Program-made: the position numbers and the translations under genes
Assembly: GCF_902713615.1 (NCBI RefSeq)
Contig: NC_052148.1
Location: 178,731,262 to 178,795,261, forward strand
Direction of reading: 5' to 3'
DNA: 64,000 bases
From: Scyliorhinus canicula
Taxonomy: Eukaryota
The notes under the pieces: model-generated
Databases searched by the model: none
What the model was told of the DNA's origin: nothing
Seen by the model: the letters and a program-made list of their open reading frames with translations, nothing else
Shown: positions 12,540 through 24,071 of the stretch, piece by piece
Layout: the number at the start of each line of letters is the position of its first letter
Numbering within the stretch: the first letter of the stretch is position 1

Positions 12540-13140
12540 TGTATCTAACATACAGAAATATATTTGCCTATACAATCGGGACCTGAGACTTGTAATTGAG
12601 CAAGGATATACCTGAGCTGAGCAGTTTGTCTTATCATGGCTCATTTCCTATAATTCACAACTTTCAGCTCAGGAGTTTGTTTCCTTTTTCTTCTAATGCG
12701 TGGATCAGTGCCAAATCTGGAACGTGACACAATCCTCTGGGTCAACTGAAAAATGTGGAACTAACGTCTCCTGTAGCCATTCTGAAACGGCTCGTGTTGG
12801 GGATGTAAAATGATTTATAATCATATTTTGCGATAGGTGATTTCCTGCAAAGTCTCAGCCACATTTTAACTCTGTCAATCAGGCAATTTGAATAACATAT
12901 GATCAAGGAAATGCCTGACAGCGGAATAAAACAACTCTGCTGGTGCGAGATCATGAAAAATATATCTATTCCAGAAGTGACACTGCTGCACGCTCACACT
13001 AAAAATTCATTACAAGTGGCAACTCAGAAGAACTGTAAAACTATGTTTACACTATTGTACCCCTTTCCAAACCTGTATCATTAAACTCCAAAGAATCACA
13101 TTATAAAGTACAGACTGTGAAAGGGAGGGATGTTAGGACA
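12540..13140 (+). promoter_or_regulatory. Conserved upstream block D, unit 1
   Basis: Aligns with 29710-30330 and 55760-56745. Shared GGTGATT(T/C)CCTGCAAA, GTTTCCTTTTT, TGTGGA, TCTATTCCAG and GTGGCAACT (ETS/C-EBP-like cores). Confidence 0.55.
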
Positions 13141-13265
13141 CAAAGATATTCCGTGATTTATTTTCATGAGGAGATCCATAATTTGTCAGGTGTAAAAATA
13201 GGGGATGGTTTAGCTCCGTATGTTGGACGGCTGAATTGTGATGCAGAGTGAGGCCAGCAGCGTGG

Positions 13266-14062
13266 TGTGGCTGAACGGCCATCTAAAATGGCATCCTGCA
13301 AAGGATGCTGGGAGAATTGGCCAAATATAAGGATAAGCAGGCTACAGTTTAAAAAAACATTGAAGAGCAACCTACAGCCTAGACATCGCAATACACAGGA
13401 AAAAGACCATTTCCAGGCCATCCCAGGAACAATAGAATTATCCAGTCAATCACGCTTCCTTACCAGACACAGCGGAGCCTATACTCCTTATTTGGAAAGC
13501 CTACATATCCCCAACACCTGCAGGCATGGCCGTTGAGGGCCCAACCCGAAATCGGTGTGACAGCCCCTGATTGGACCTAATTGATCAGGGTGATCGAACC
13601 CTGATCAACTGATTGGCAATGAACCAGAGAACGCCCAAAAGCGCACAAAATCCTTGAAGGTAAAAGGTGCTGCATCATCTTAAAATCTCTCTCTGCAGCA
13701 GCCAGCTACAGCAACGGAATAGCGGTGATCTTCACCGGCCACCACAAGGAGGACCATCACGCCACCAACAGAAGGAAGACCAGAGTCAGAGCATCTGAAC
13801 CGACCGAGGACCAAACATCGAGGGCTACAGAAGTCGAATACAGATAAAGGCCAATATCTGTCTGGGTACTTGCTAGTCACTCAAATGTTAAGTTGAGGTC
13901 TAGTATGAACCTTTAGTACTCTGTAGAATAACTTGTGTTGATGGAGTGATTGATTAACTACAACATTGTGTGAGCGTGAATGAACATTATTTCATGAAGC
14001 AAAGTTGACTCACAGTCATTTGTTGACTGCATAATGGTTAAAGACAAACTGTGGTAGCAACA
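13266..14062 (+). mobile_element. Solo LTR nested in a tRNA-derived SINE (SINE head 13200-13265, body 14063-14190)
   Basis: TG...CA ends, flanks GTGG/ATGG; the SINE resumes after the LTR; the whole insert is absent from unit 2. Confidence 0.65.
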
Positions 14063-14429
14063 ATGGGTTCATATTCATGTACTGACTGAGGTTGTTTATG
14101 AAGGCCCTGCCTTCTCAACTTTGCTCGTGGGGAACTTTTCCCCTTGGGAAAACATACCTATGATCATCAGGGACTGTGGCAACTTTACTTATATTTGGCG
14201 CCTAAATCTCCTTCCCAGTGAAGCTCATTGAAAGAGAAACATGTCAGTATATAATTGGTGAATGATCTTCTCCCTCCCTCTTTACACCTTTGCCAAAGAT
14301 GAATATTAAACCACTTTTCCGAAATCAGTGATTTAATCTTTAGAATACAAGACAAAAATAATTCACTGCCCATGCAACAGGTTACCCGCCTGTTGCTGCT
14401 GCAAACTGCACAAGTTGTAAATATAATGA

Positions 14430-14550
14430 AAACTGCAAAAGTGAAAGAAGGATGACTCAAGAACAGGGAAATTCCCTCCCACAGAATCTTCACAGTTTTC
14501 ACTGCTCCTGATTATGCAAAACGAAAGTAGTGGATCTGAATAAATAGGAG
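14430..14550 (+). promoter_or_regulatory. Inflammatory proximal promoter of chemokine copy 1
   Basis: IRF-E-like AAAAGTGAAAG 14437-14447, AP-1 TGACTCA 14453-14459, NF-kB GGGAAATTCC 14466-14475, C/EBP-like ATTATGCAAA 14511-14520 and TATA-like AATAAATA 14539-14546, all 110-220 bp upstream of the ATG. Confidence 0.8.
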
Positions 14551-14655
14551 CTGATTGGAGCGCTTTACAACAGAACTTCATTCAACAGAGAGAGAGTCAC
14601 TGAGCTTGACAGAAGATCCTCCAGCAGAAATCTATTCAGCAGCACAAAGTCAAAG

Positions 14656-16950
14656 ATGATGAGAGCAACCGTTGTAATGATTCTCGTTCTGCTCCTGGGT
14701 GCCATTACTACACAGGGTATGTTGAGTATCTTGTGTTTTAGTTCTAATTGCTCTATAATGTGTAGAGAGGAGCCTTTCTATTGACGTATTGACCAGCGAT
14801 ACATGTCTGAGTGTGCAGTTTGATTATTCATTGAGAATTAAATAGTGACTGATGCTATACTACTGAGAATATAAAGCTTGTTTTAATACTGAATTGAATG
14901 CTGAAACAAAATACCAAAATTCTGTCAACTTCAGACAATATCTAACTATAAGTTAATTTAATCTTTTCACAGGTATCCCAATCCCGGGCACTCAAGGCCG
15001 ATGCCTGTGTCCTCGGACCAGCTCCATTCCTATCAATCCAAGGTACATCAAGAGTTTGAAATATATTCCCAAAGGACCGCACTGCGAGACACTGGAAATA
15101 ATGTGAGTACCTGTGTTAGAAAGTCAGCGTTAACCTTTCCCCTTCAGCTACACCCATTTAGATGCTGCACTCCATGTTGGGTCAATCACAATTTGTTTAT
15201 GAGGCAGATTGAAAGGATTTTGTTTCATAAATTTGCTGAATTCCCACCTCTCGGTGGGAAACATTTGAGTTCAATTTTAAACATTTATCTTCTCTTCACA
15301 GTATTACCATGAAAAACAGGAGCAGGGTCTGTGTGAATCCTGATGCTGATTGGGTGAAGATTATCATTAAAGCCACAAAAGGTTGGTGTCTGATGTTTGT
15401 TATGTGAATAAAAGAAGATGCATTGGATTTTTTTTACCATGTTTGTCCTCTTCTGGTCGCGGGCATTGAATCCCCTCTGCTGCACATTCTTAGAGGTTTG
15501 TGGGGCGAAATTCCCCGCACTCACGACGGTGCGGAGAATAGCGGGGGTCGTAAATTTTTACAACCACGCTAGTCTGACGCCCTCCCGCTATTCTCCCCCC
15601 CCCCCCACGCCCGATTCCCGACTCGAATCGCCGCCGCCGTTTTTTTACGGCAAGCAGCGATTCTCAGCTGTCCGATGGGCCGAAGTCCAAGCCCTTTACG
15701 ACCGTTTTTAGGAACGTCAAACACACCTGGTCTGACCGTTCGTAAAAACGGCCGTAAAGTTCGGATCTTGGCAACCATGGCACCGATTGGCACGGCAGTA
15801 CCATGGCCGTGCCAAGGGTGCCATGGGCCCGCGATCGGTGCCCACCGATCGTGGGCAGCGGGTCCGATTCCCGTGCACTCTTTGTCCTTCCGCCGCCCCG
15901 CTGTATCCATTCGTGGGGTGGCTGAGGGGCATCCCGGCCCGCGCATGCGCGGGTTTCGCGCAAATGCGCGATGATGTCATCCGCGCATGCGCGGGTTGGA
16001 GTCTTCCAATCCGCGCATGCGCGGCTGACGTCATGTGACGCGTCAGCCGTTGCAAACTCTGGCAAGCGGGCTTAACGAAATTCGTTAAGCCCGCGATGCC
16101 GGAGTTCACGGCCACGGCATGCTAGCCCCGACCGGGGACCAGAATCGGTTCCCGGTCGGGGGGGGGGGGGGGGGAGGCTGGCGTCAAACCCGCCCGTTTT
16201 TGACGCCAGCCTTACGATTTCTCCCTGTTTGGGAGAATCGCGCCCGTGGTCCTTTCTGGTGCTTTGCCCAAGTGTTCAGTATTTAGGTGTGATCCCTGGG
16301 AATGAACGCTAGTAAGCTATTCAACCACTGTTGGCACTAGGGCTTAGCCTTACACTGTCCTCACCCACTATCCATAAACGGTAATTCCAGGAAGAGGCGG
16401 ATGTTTCACTGAATAGCAATCTGGTGCAGGAATGTTGGGTGATGTCATGCTCCATCAGCCATAATGCTTTGACTCATTGTCATACCTTTAGTAACCAGCT
16501 GAGAACAGACAATTCAATCTCAGACCCCTGAGCAAACCAGGAGCTTTAAGAATAAATATTAAATGTGTATCTTCATCAATTTCACCTCGGTTTACTGCTG
16601 CCTTCCTTCTTTTATGGTCTGCTCAATGATTTTCTTCTTTGCATTGTAAATTGCCCTAAAGCCTATAATTTGTAACCTTTAATTATCTGTTCTATTTTAT
16701 TCTTCAACATAATATTCCTGCAGAATTAATCATTCACAGTAACCCCGTGGATCCTGCATGTTACAATCATATTGTAAAATCAATGAATTGTTAACAAAAT
16801 AACAACTGTGAGCAGTGCTGTGTGAACAGATCAATATTTAATTGCCCTTATATTGCTGAAGTTTGTCCTTGATATTAAAATGCTGCCTGCTGTTATGGGA
16901 AAGATTTTAATTTATTTAATTTTATTTCAGGTGCCAGACAACACAACTGA
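14656..16950 (+). CDS. CXC chemokine copy 1 (ELR-negative, CXCL8/CXCL13-like), 4 coding exons: 14656-14716, 14973-15102, 15302-15381, 16931-16950
   Basis: Manual splicing at GT-AG sites (intron phases 1,2,1; 61+130+80+20=291 nt) gives MMRATVVMILVLLLGAITTQGIPIPGTQGRCLCPRTSSIPINPRYIKSLKYIPKGPHCETLEIIITMKNRSRVCVNPDADWVKIIIKATKGARQHN*. It has a hydrophobic signal peptide, C-x-C, GPHC..EII and VCVNP.A.WV motifs, four Cys and the canonical CXC chemokine exon layout. Confidence 0.95.
15503..16245. mobile_element. GC-rich Harbinger-type MITE in intron 3 of copy 1
   Basis: TIRs GGGCGAAATTCCCC / GGGAGAATCGCGCCC, 3-bp TSD GTG; absent from the paralogous intron of copy 2. Confidence 0.88.
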
Positions 16951-17631
16951 GAAATGAAGCTGCAATGGGATGGACTCGATTCTACACCTGGAAACCTGCA
17001 GTACAATGAACACTGAAATGAGGGAAGCTCTGTCCACGGTGTTCACTCTCTGATGTCACCTTCTGAAGGGTGTTCAAGTAGTTACCCTGGACTGATTCCT
17101 GAATCTTGTTGCACTGATTAACCCTGTTGTCAAACTGTAATTGTTTACACATGGCCTAGGAAAGCAGGCTGATACTGTGAAATGTTGTGCCAGAACTCAG
17201 GTTTTTTTATTACAAGATGTGACTGATGTATGTGACTATTAAGTATGGAGTCTGGAATTGCTACTGCAAGTTGCTCTGTGACTGAAATCAATTTGTTAAC
17301 AGTTCTCAAGAAGCTTTGGAAAATAATTTTCAATCATCCAAATGTGCAGGTGGAAAGAAAATACTCACAGATGAATCTAAATTAAATGGATAATGTCAGT
17401 TGTTAAATTTTCATGTTCGAAATAGAGTTAGGAGTTGATGCCAGTTTTGGAATAACTGCTAGATTTTTGGAAAAAAAATTCACAAAATGTGAGCTTTACT
17501 GCCAAAACCAGCCCTTATCGCCCATCCTTAATTGCCTTTGTGCATGTTGTGGTGAGTTTTCTCCTTGTATCACTGTGCTCCTTGTGGTTGAGGTACAGGA
17601 ATCCTGCTGTGAGGGAGGGATGTTGAAAATT

Positions 17632-17747
17632 AACCTGAGGAAGGAGCAGTACTCCGAAAGCTCGTGTTTGAAACAAACCTGTTGGACTTTAACCTGGTGT
17701 TATAAGACTGTGCTCACCCCAGTCCAACGCCAGCACCTCCACATCAT
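17632..17747 (+). mobile_element. Short Penelope-like repeat end carrying a minimal hammerhead-ribozyme-like core
   Basis: CTGAGGA-A-GGAG(CAGTA)CTCC-GAAAGCTC at 17635-17663; the downstream part also occurs at 2848-2939. Confidence 0.55.
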
Positions 17748-17861
17748 GGAAATTAACTTGTAATCGTTTCTTTATGACACGCTACTTGCTTACTGCTATT
17801 TATGATACACGGAATTAATGGAATGACAATCCTTAAAGGTTCAAATTAGCAGAATTATCCA

Positions 17862-18050
17862 ATTATTTTTTCCAATTAAGGGGCAATTTAACGTTGCCAA
17901 TCCACCTATCCTGCACATCTTTGGGTTTTGGGGGTGAAACCCACGCAGACACGGGGAGATTGTGCAAACTCCTCACAGACAGTGACCCAGAGCCGGGATT
18001 GAACCTGGGACCTCAGCGCCGTGAGGCAGCTGTGCTAACCACTAGGCCAG
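17862..18050 (-). repeat. Short V-SINE variant, antisense, in the presumptive 3' UTR of copy 1
   Basis: Matches 23201-23412 and 24072-24275. Confidence 0.8.
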
Positions 18051-18146
18051 TGTCAAAGTTATGTTGAGTATGGATCATGTGACTAAATTATGTGTGAATG
18101 AATTGTTTCCATTTTTTGTTCCTTTATTCTGAAATGTAATTGAATG

Positions 18147-18157
18147 ATTAAAATAAA
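18147..18157 (+). terminator. Probable polyadenylation signal of copy 1
   Basis: Overlapping ATTAAA/AATAAA followed by GT-rich gaatgtgttgtcactgtttct; the block is conserved in copy 2. Confidence 0.6.
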
Positions 18158-18756
18158 TTAGATTTCTTCTGAAGAATGTGTTGTCACTGTTTCTCAATCT
18201 TTAGCTAAACAGGTGTGCATTTCTTGAGTAGACAATTTAACAACATCTTAAGGATACTCTTTGAAAAGTTCTATATGACTTATTTGCAGTGTGACAGATT
18301 GCAGAAACAAATTCTGCAAAATCTCAATAGGTGATGAGCTATTGTTAAATTACTACCACATCCACCTCCCAATTCATTCCCCCACCTCCCACACTGCCAG
18401 CTCCACAACCCTGGTGTACTGCAGTGAATGGGTTGTTGAGTTGCCCAGTGTGGGGATTGGGGGGGAATTGGGAGTGTGGGTAGATGTTTGCATCCTCTTT
18501 CCATTGTAACTCATCTCAAAATAACTGGGCAGGTTCTGCCCTGCACTCAGTATTGATTTGGGAAGGTCAGAAGCCCACGTTAGTTAAAGTTAGCAGTCAG
18601 ATAATTGCAAGAGGATGCAAGCTGGCCGGGTGATTCCTTCCGGAATCTGGCACATCATAATTGAAGATTCTTTTTTTTTTCTTCCTCTGTAGATAGTTCA
18701 GGCAGTGCCCTATTGGGCTCCCCCTCCATCAGCACCCCAACTCCCTCCCTCCTCAC

Positions 18757-19159
18757 TGTCATAATATACATCCATGTATATGATAGAGTGCAGACAGGTA
18801 GTGATTGACACACAGGATGACCAGTGAGCACACAGAACACAGCAGCCAATCACCAGAGAGGACACAACCACAATAAAGCCAGAGGGCACCGGTTTTCCCG
18901 CTCTTTTGGGATCCAGCCTCTGAGACAGTCAGAGCTCGTGAGCAGCAGCTAGTACAAACACCATGTGGTAGTCAGTTAGTCTGGTCAGGCTAGCCTCAGG
19001 TCTCCAGTCAAATCAGCATAGGGTCAACCCACAGTTAAGCATGTAATATAGTTAGCTGTTAAATAAAATTGTGTTGCATCTCATCGAGTGTTGGAAGCCT
19101 GTCTCTCTCTACACTGCATCAAATGCAGTCCACATAGACCCAGCCTGCCCAACACATCA
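18757..19159 (+). mobile_element. Solo LTR
   Basis: TGTCATAAT...ACATCA ends, internal AATAAA, 5-bp flanks CTCAC/CCCAC. Confidence 0.75.
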
Positions 19160-20644
19160 CCCACCACCCTCCTTGCCCTCTCTCCCCACCACCCTCCTTT
19201 TCCCTCTCTCCCCACCACTCCCTTCCTTTCCCTCCTGTTGATACAGAGGCGAGGGTATCTGATCTCTCCAGCGCAAAGTTTAGTGCTTGTACCATTTGTT
19301 CTTTGTAGAAACGTGTTGTGAACTGTTTTAATAATCAGAGTATTCACCGCCCCCCGCCCCCCCTCCTCCCCGTACATTGGTACTGAGGTGAGGGTACCCT
19401 GTTTCTCAAACACAAAATTAGTGTTTGTACCGTTTGGCGTTGTATATATTTTTTACTGTTTTAAAAAAAAAGCTATGGCTGGGGGATTCCATAGGAAGCA
19501 GTTTTATTTATCTTATCTGAGCATTCCATCTGGTCACAAGGACATACAGAATTCCTCCAAACTGTCAGTCCTCACCTGACCCCCAATCGCATGGACACCC
19601 TAGGGTCACCCTGGCCTCGGTCTCACTTCGCCTTCACATTAACAGCACCTTGTCCACACCACCTCCCCTGTGCAACCCAAACACTTGGTCGGTGATTTGT
19701 ACCCATGGGATCTCGGAGGCTTTGAATTCCCACTCAGGTCCCTGGTCCTACCCATCAGTCCTGACCATAACGTTTGGGAAGGAGGCAGTACCACACTTTA
19801 GAAATGATGCACAGCAATTAAAATAACCTGGGCTTCACACTCAGCTCTCCACAGAGTTTCCCTTCCATTTGTAAACTGCCCAAGGCAAACATGTCCCTGT
19901 ACGAGCTGCTTTCTCTCAAGAACCAGCCATAAGGAATTAATTCATTACGTTATCAGATCTGTGGGGTGAGAGGAACCAAATAGTTTTATTTTTAAAAAAG
20001 TAAACATTACAGTTGTACAAAGCCAAACGGCACAAGCACAAATTTTGTATTGTAGAAACTGGGTACCCTCCCCTCTGTATAAATGTATGGGGGCAGGGGA
20101 TATTCAGATTATTGAAACATTAAACAACACAGTTCTAGAAACACAAACATCAGTCAGTGACCTTTGATATTCAATAGCAGGGTGTTGATTGCATTCTCCC
20201 GCTGGTGCGTGGGAACGAATGCAATCTCGATGCCAGCAGTGGGCTGGAGCATTGGAAATGGATCTGTTTTCTCCCCGATGCTGGGTTCTCCGCCTCACTG
20301 GGAACTCCCCTATCGGCGACGCAAGGAGCAGAATTCTGCCCATATTTAGAAAGTTGGAGAGAGTTCGTGAAATATTCAAAGGTTTGGATTGCAGTCAGCC
20401 AACATTATTGCATCAATGGATCTGCCCAGAACAGCCAAAGCTAGGTTGGTGATCATGTGTTTGAAGAATGTTTAGGAGATGAAGAGGTCAGACCAGACAT
20501 GCCTAAAGTGGAAAAGGGAATTCTGAATTTCTTTTGGCCCATTTAGCAACACTTCCTTGATCAATTGACAATAAACATAGAAGCTGCAGAGGGAAGTGAT
20601 TCTCCAACTTCCTATGGAAGCGCCTGATGCAGGAAAAAAGCTTT

Positions 20645-20990
20645 GGGGTGACATTTTAGCACAGTGGTTAGCACAGTTGCTTCACAGCTCCAGGGTCCTA
20701 GGTTCGATTCCCGGCTTGGGTCACTGTCTGTGTAGAGTCTGCACGTTCTCCCTGAGTCTGTGTATGCTTCCTCCCGGTGCTCCGGTTTCCTCCCACAATC
20801 CCACAGTCCAAAGATGTTGCGGTTAGGTGGATTTCCATGTTAAATTGCCCTTAGTGTCCAAGAAGGTTAAGAGGGTTATTGGATTGTGGGGATGGGGTGG
20901 ACGTGTGGGCTCAAGTAGGGTCCTCTTTCCAAGGTCCGGTGCAGACCAATGGGCCGAATGGCCTCTTTCTGCACTGTAAGTTCTATGATA
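20645..20990 (+). repeat. HE1/V-SINE-type SINE
   Basis: Head, V-domain and tail. Confidence 0.85.
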
Positions 20991-21025
20991 AGTTGTCTGT
21001 GTTTGAACAGTGCTTCCAGGATATG

Positions 21026-21725
21026 GGGCGAAATTCTCCCAAAAGCAGTCAAAGTGCCGACACCGGAGTGAAAACCGGAGTGTTTCACTCCGGCATCGGA
21101 GGCCGCTCCTCGCCCCCTATTCTCCCACCCCCAGGGGGCTAGGAGCGGCGCCATGTCAATTTCATGCACAGGGCCTTGGCGCCGCGTCAAAGCGGCGCCG
21201 CGTAAATTACGCGGCCGGCGGCGCTAAAATGATGTCACCCGCACATGCGCGGTTGCCGTCCTCCCCGTGGGCATGTCGGAGTGATCTTGTGGGGCAGCAG
21301 AGGAAAAAGAGTGCGTCTTTTAGAGACGCCGGCCCGCCGATCGGTGGGAACCGATCGCGGGCCAGACCCCACTGAGCACCCCCCTGGTGCTCGATCCTCC
21401 CCCCCACCCCCCCCCCCCCCCCACAGGCCGCACATGCAGCGTTCACGCGCTGTTCACGCCGGCAGCGACCAGGTGTGGTCGGCGCTGGTGTGAACCGGTC
21501 GGATTGGGCAGGCCGCTCGGCCCATCCGGATGGAGAATCGCTGCTCAACCTTTAGAAACGGCAAGCGGCGATTCTCCGAGCGGCCTGTCGTAAAACTTGG
21601 CACGCGTTTTGGGGTGGGGGGTGGAGGGTGGGAGAATCGCGTGCGGGTGCCAGGGCGGCGTGGTAGGAATTGCCCGGCACTCCCGCGATTCTCCCACCCG
21701 GTGTGGGGGTCGGAGAATCGCGCCC
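21026..21725. mobile_element. GC-rich Harbinger-type MITE
   Basis: TIRs GGGCGAAATTCTCC / GGAGAATCGCGCCC; flanks ATG/ATT. Confidence 0.85.
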
Positions 21726-21864
21726 ATTATATTTTTCTGTTAGCTCAGTTTTGTTAAAGTTGGGCTGTTTCTAAATTGAAGCAGAACCGATGATGTTTTA
21801 TTGACAGTTTTATGATACATTTTGAGGACTTCTTTTTGCTGGTACTAATAAGTTCAAAAACATG

Positions 21865-23040
21865 GGGCGGCACGCTCTGTTTCTGAGACTAAGTGTTGCC
21901 ATCAACACAGAATCCGTAGACTTCCACGACAACAAAACTTACGCCAGACTTGGACCAATTCGGCTACTGTTAAGGGGCTAGCACCAGCGCCATATGAACA
22001 CAATTGATTCTCATAAGAAACAGTGCCACTTTGGCGATTGACACTCAAGACGCTGACATTCTGCAGCCACATTTAAACACTTCACTCCCCACACACCATT
22101 CCAGCCAACAAGATGGCAGCAAGTAGAGCAGCTCCACGCTTCACCAACGTCGAGCTGGAGACCCTCCTGGACGCTGTGGAGGAGATGAGGGTGACCCTGT
22201 ACCCCGGCCCAGGAAAGAGGCTGCCAGCTGCCACCATTCATCGTTCCGGGTGCAGGTGGCAGAGGCGGTCACCGCCACCAGCAACCCTGTCGGGACCGGC
22301 CATCAGTACTGGAAGAAACTCCATGACCTCCTCATGGTACATGGGGCTGGTTTAGCTCACTCGGCTAAATCGCTGGCTTTTACAGCAGACCAAGCAGGCC
22401 AGCAGCACGATTCGATTCCCGTACCAGCCTCCCCGGACAGGCGCCGGAATGTGGCGACTAGGGGCTTTTCACAGTAACTTCATTGAAGCCTACTCGTGAC
22501 AATAAGCGATTTTCATTTCATGGCAGCCAAGGTGTGTAGGAAACACTGTGCCCCTGGCACCAACCCCCATCCCACACACCCGTAACATGAACCTCGCAAC
22601 CCTGAGAGTGACTGAATCCCCACCCTGCATCCAGACCGGCCACCATGGCCGGGTGCCCTGGACGCTGAGGCCACCAGCTGCCCACCTCATGAGCTGCATG
22701 CGTCGGACTGCCTAACACTGTCGTCTTCTGTTTCTCTCCCCCACCTCAGCAGGAGGCTGCGCACAACAGCCTGAGAAGACACGAGATGGACTGCCAGACC
22801 TGCGGCCCCTCACTGTGACCGACAGAGGGCCCTGGATGTGATCGGTGGCCCAGAAGAAAGGGAGATCGCCGAGATGGAGCTCGGCTGCAGGCGAGGAAGT
22901 GAGGCCTGCTTAGTCGCAGTTCCCCATAACACGTGTGTCATGCCTACCAACAGCACCCTCGCCCCCATACCACCCTCACCCCCACATCACCCTCACCCCC
23001 GCAACTTCCCTCACTCCACATCACCCTCACCACCCATTTT
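21865..23040 (+). mobile_element. PIF/Harbinger remnant carrying a Myb/SANT-like ORF1 fragment
   Basis: MAASRAAPRFTNVELETLLDAVEE..LYPG..(W)QVAEAV..Q.WKKLHDL, typical of Harbinger Myb-like DNA-binding proteins; frameshifted, with a SINE inserted at 22343-22522. Confidence 0.8.
22343..22522 (+). repeat. Short tRNA-derived SINE with (TTTCA)n tail
   Basis: GGGGCTGGTTTAGCTC..TTCGATTCCC..GACAATAAGCGATTTTCATTTCA. Confidence 0.88.
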
Positions 23041-23200
23041 TTTTCCTTTATAAAAAATCTTTTCCAAGGAAGGCGCAATTTAACATGGCCAATCCACCAA
23101 CCTGCAAACATTTTGGATTCAAGGGGTGAGACCCATGCATTGGTTTGGAAATAAGGCAGTATGGGGCTGATGTTATTTTACATCAACAATTTTACTTCGA

Positions 23201-23425
23201 GGGCAGCACGGTGGCCTGGTGGTTAGCACAACCGCCTCACGGCGCTGAGGTCCCAGGTTCGATCCCGGCTCTGGGTCACTGTCCGTGTGGAGTTTGCACA
23301 TTCTCCCCGTGTCTGCGTGGGTTTCGCCCCCACAACCCAAAAATGTGCAGAGTAGGTGGATTGGCCACGCTAAATTGCCCCTTAATTGGAAAAATAATTG
23401 GGTAATCTAAATTAAAAAAAAAACA
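23201..23425 (+). repeat. Short V-SINE variant with A-rich tail
   Basis: Head plus shortened body; TSD-like ACAATTTTACTTCGA on both sides. Confidence 0.85.
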
Positions 23426-24071
23426 ATTTTACTTCGAAAGTGTTAACCTCATCACAGTCAATGGTGTAGCTTCTTCCAAGGCTGAGATGTAGCAACTGCA
23501 AAGCTTGATTTGACAATTGGATTGGCTGGACATTGACAGCTGCAGATTTTGATGTCTTAGAACGTAGTATTGCAATGATCGAGCACATTTTCTGGTCAAA
23601 CAACAAAATTAAATAATAAAGATTGGGAAATGTGTGCTGAAATTTCCACTGTTGGCTGACCCCAAGATTATAATTTTATTTTTGCTATTTTTCTTATTAT
23701 TTTTGTGATGCCACCTGGGAAAACCTACTTGATGCACTTTTGGAGCACAGCCGGTATTCTTACTGAAGTAGGAAGTGTTGCCCCTTGGCCTGGGAAGCTG
23801 GGAAACATTAAAGAGGGTAGCACACAAATATTGTGGTTGCTGGAACTCTTGAACTTATTAAGGCAGTTGATATGCCATTCATTTCAGCAAAGATATTTGG
23901 GGAAATACTTTATCAAGGAGATGACGAAGACCCCATACCTATTGAATGCCACATAGACAAGTTTTCACTTTGATTTAATGTGTATTTCACTAATTGTGTG
24001 AATGAGAAGAGATTAAGAATTGATATCATGAGGCTGAAACAAATGTTGGAGAAACAGCAAATCTCCAGACT

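Noticed and set aside
15001-15312. ORF-track products MPVSSDQ... (and 31201-31566) appearing twice
   Set aside because: Wrong-frame read-through of chemokine exon 2 and intron 2; the repetition reflects the gene duplication.
14656-16950. Assigning the symbol CXCL8 or CXCL13
   Set aside because: Features are mixed and ELR is absent; orthology needs phylogeny and synteny.
16951-18146. Classical AU-rich element cluster in the chemokine 3' UTR
   Set aside because: Only isolated ATTTA pentamers were seen, with no overlapping cluster.
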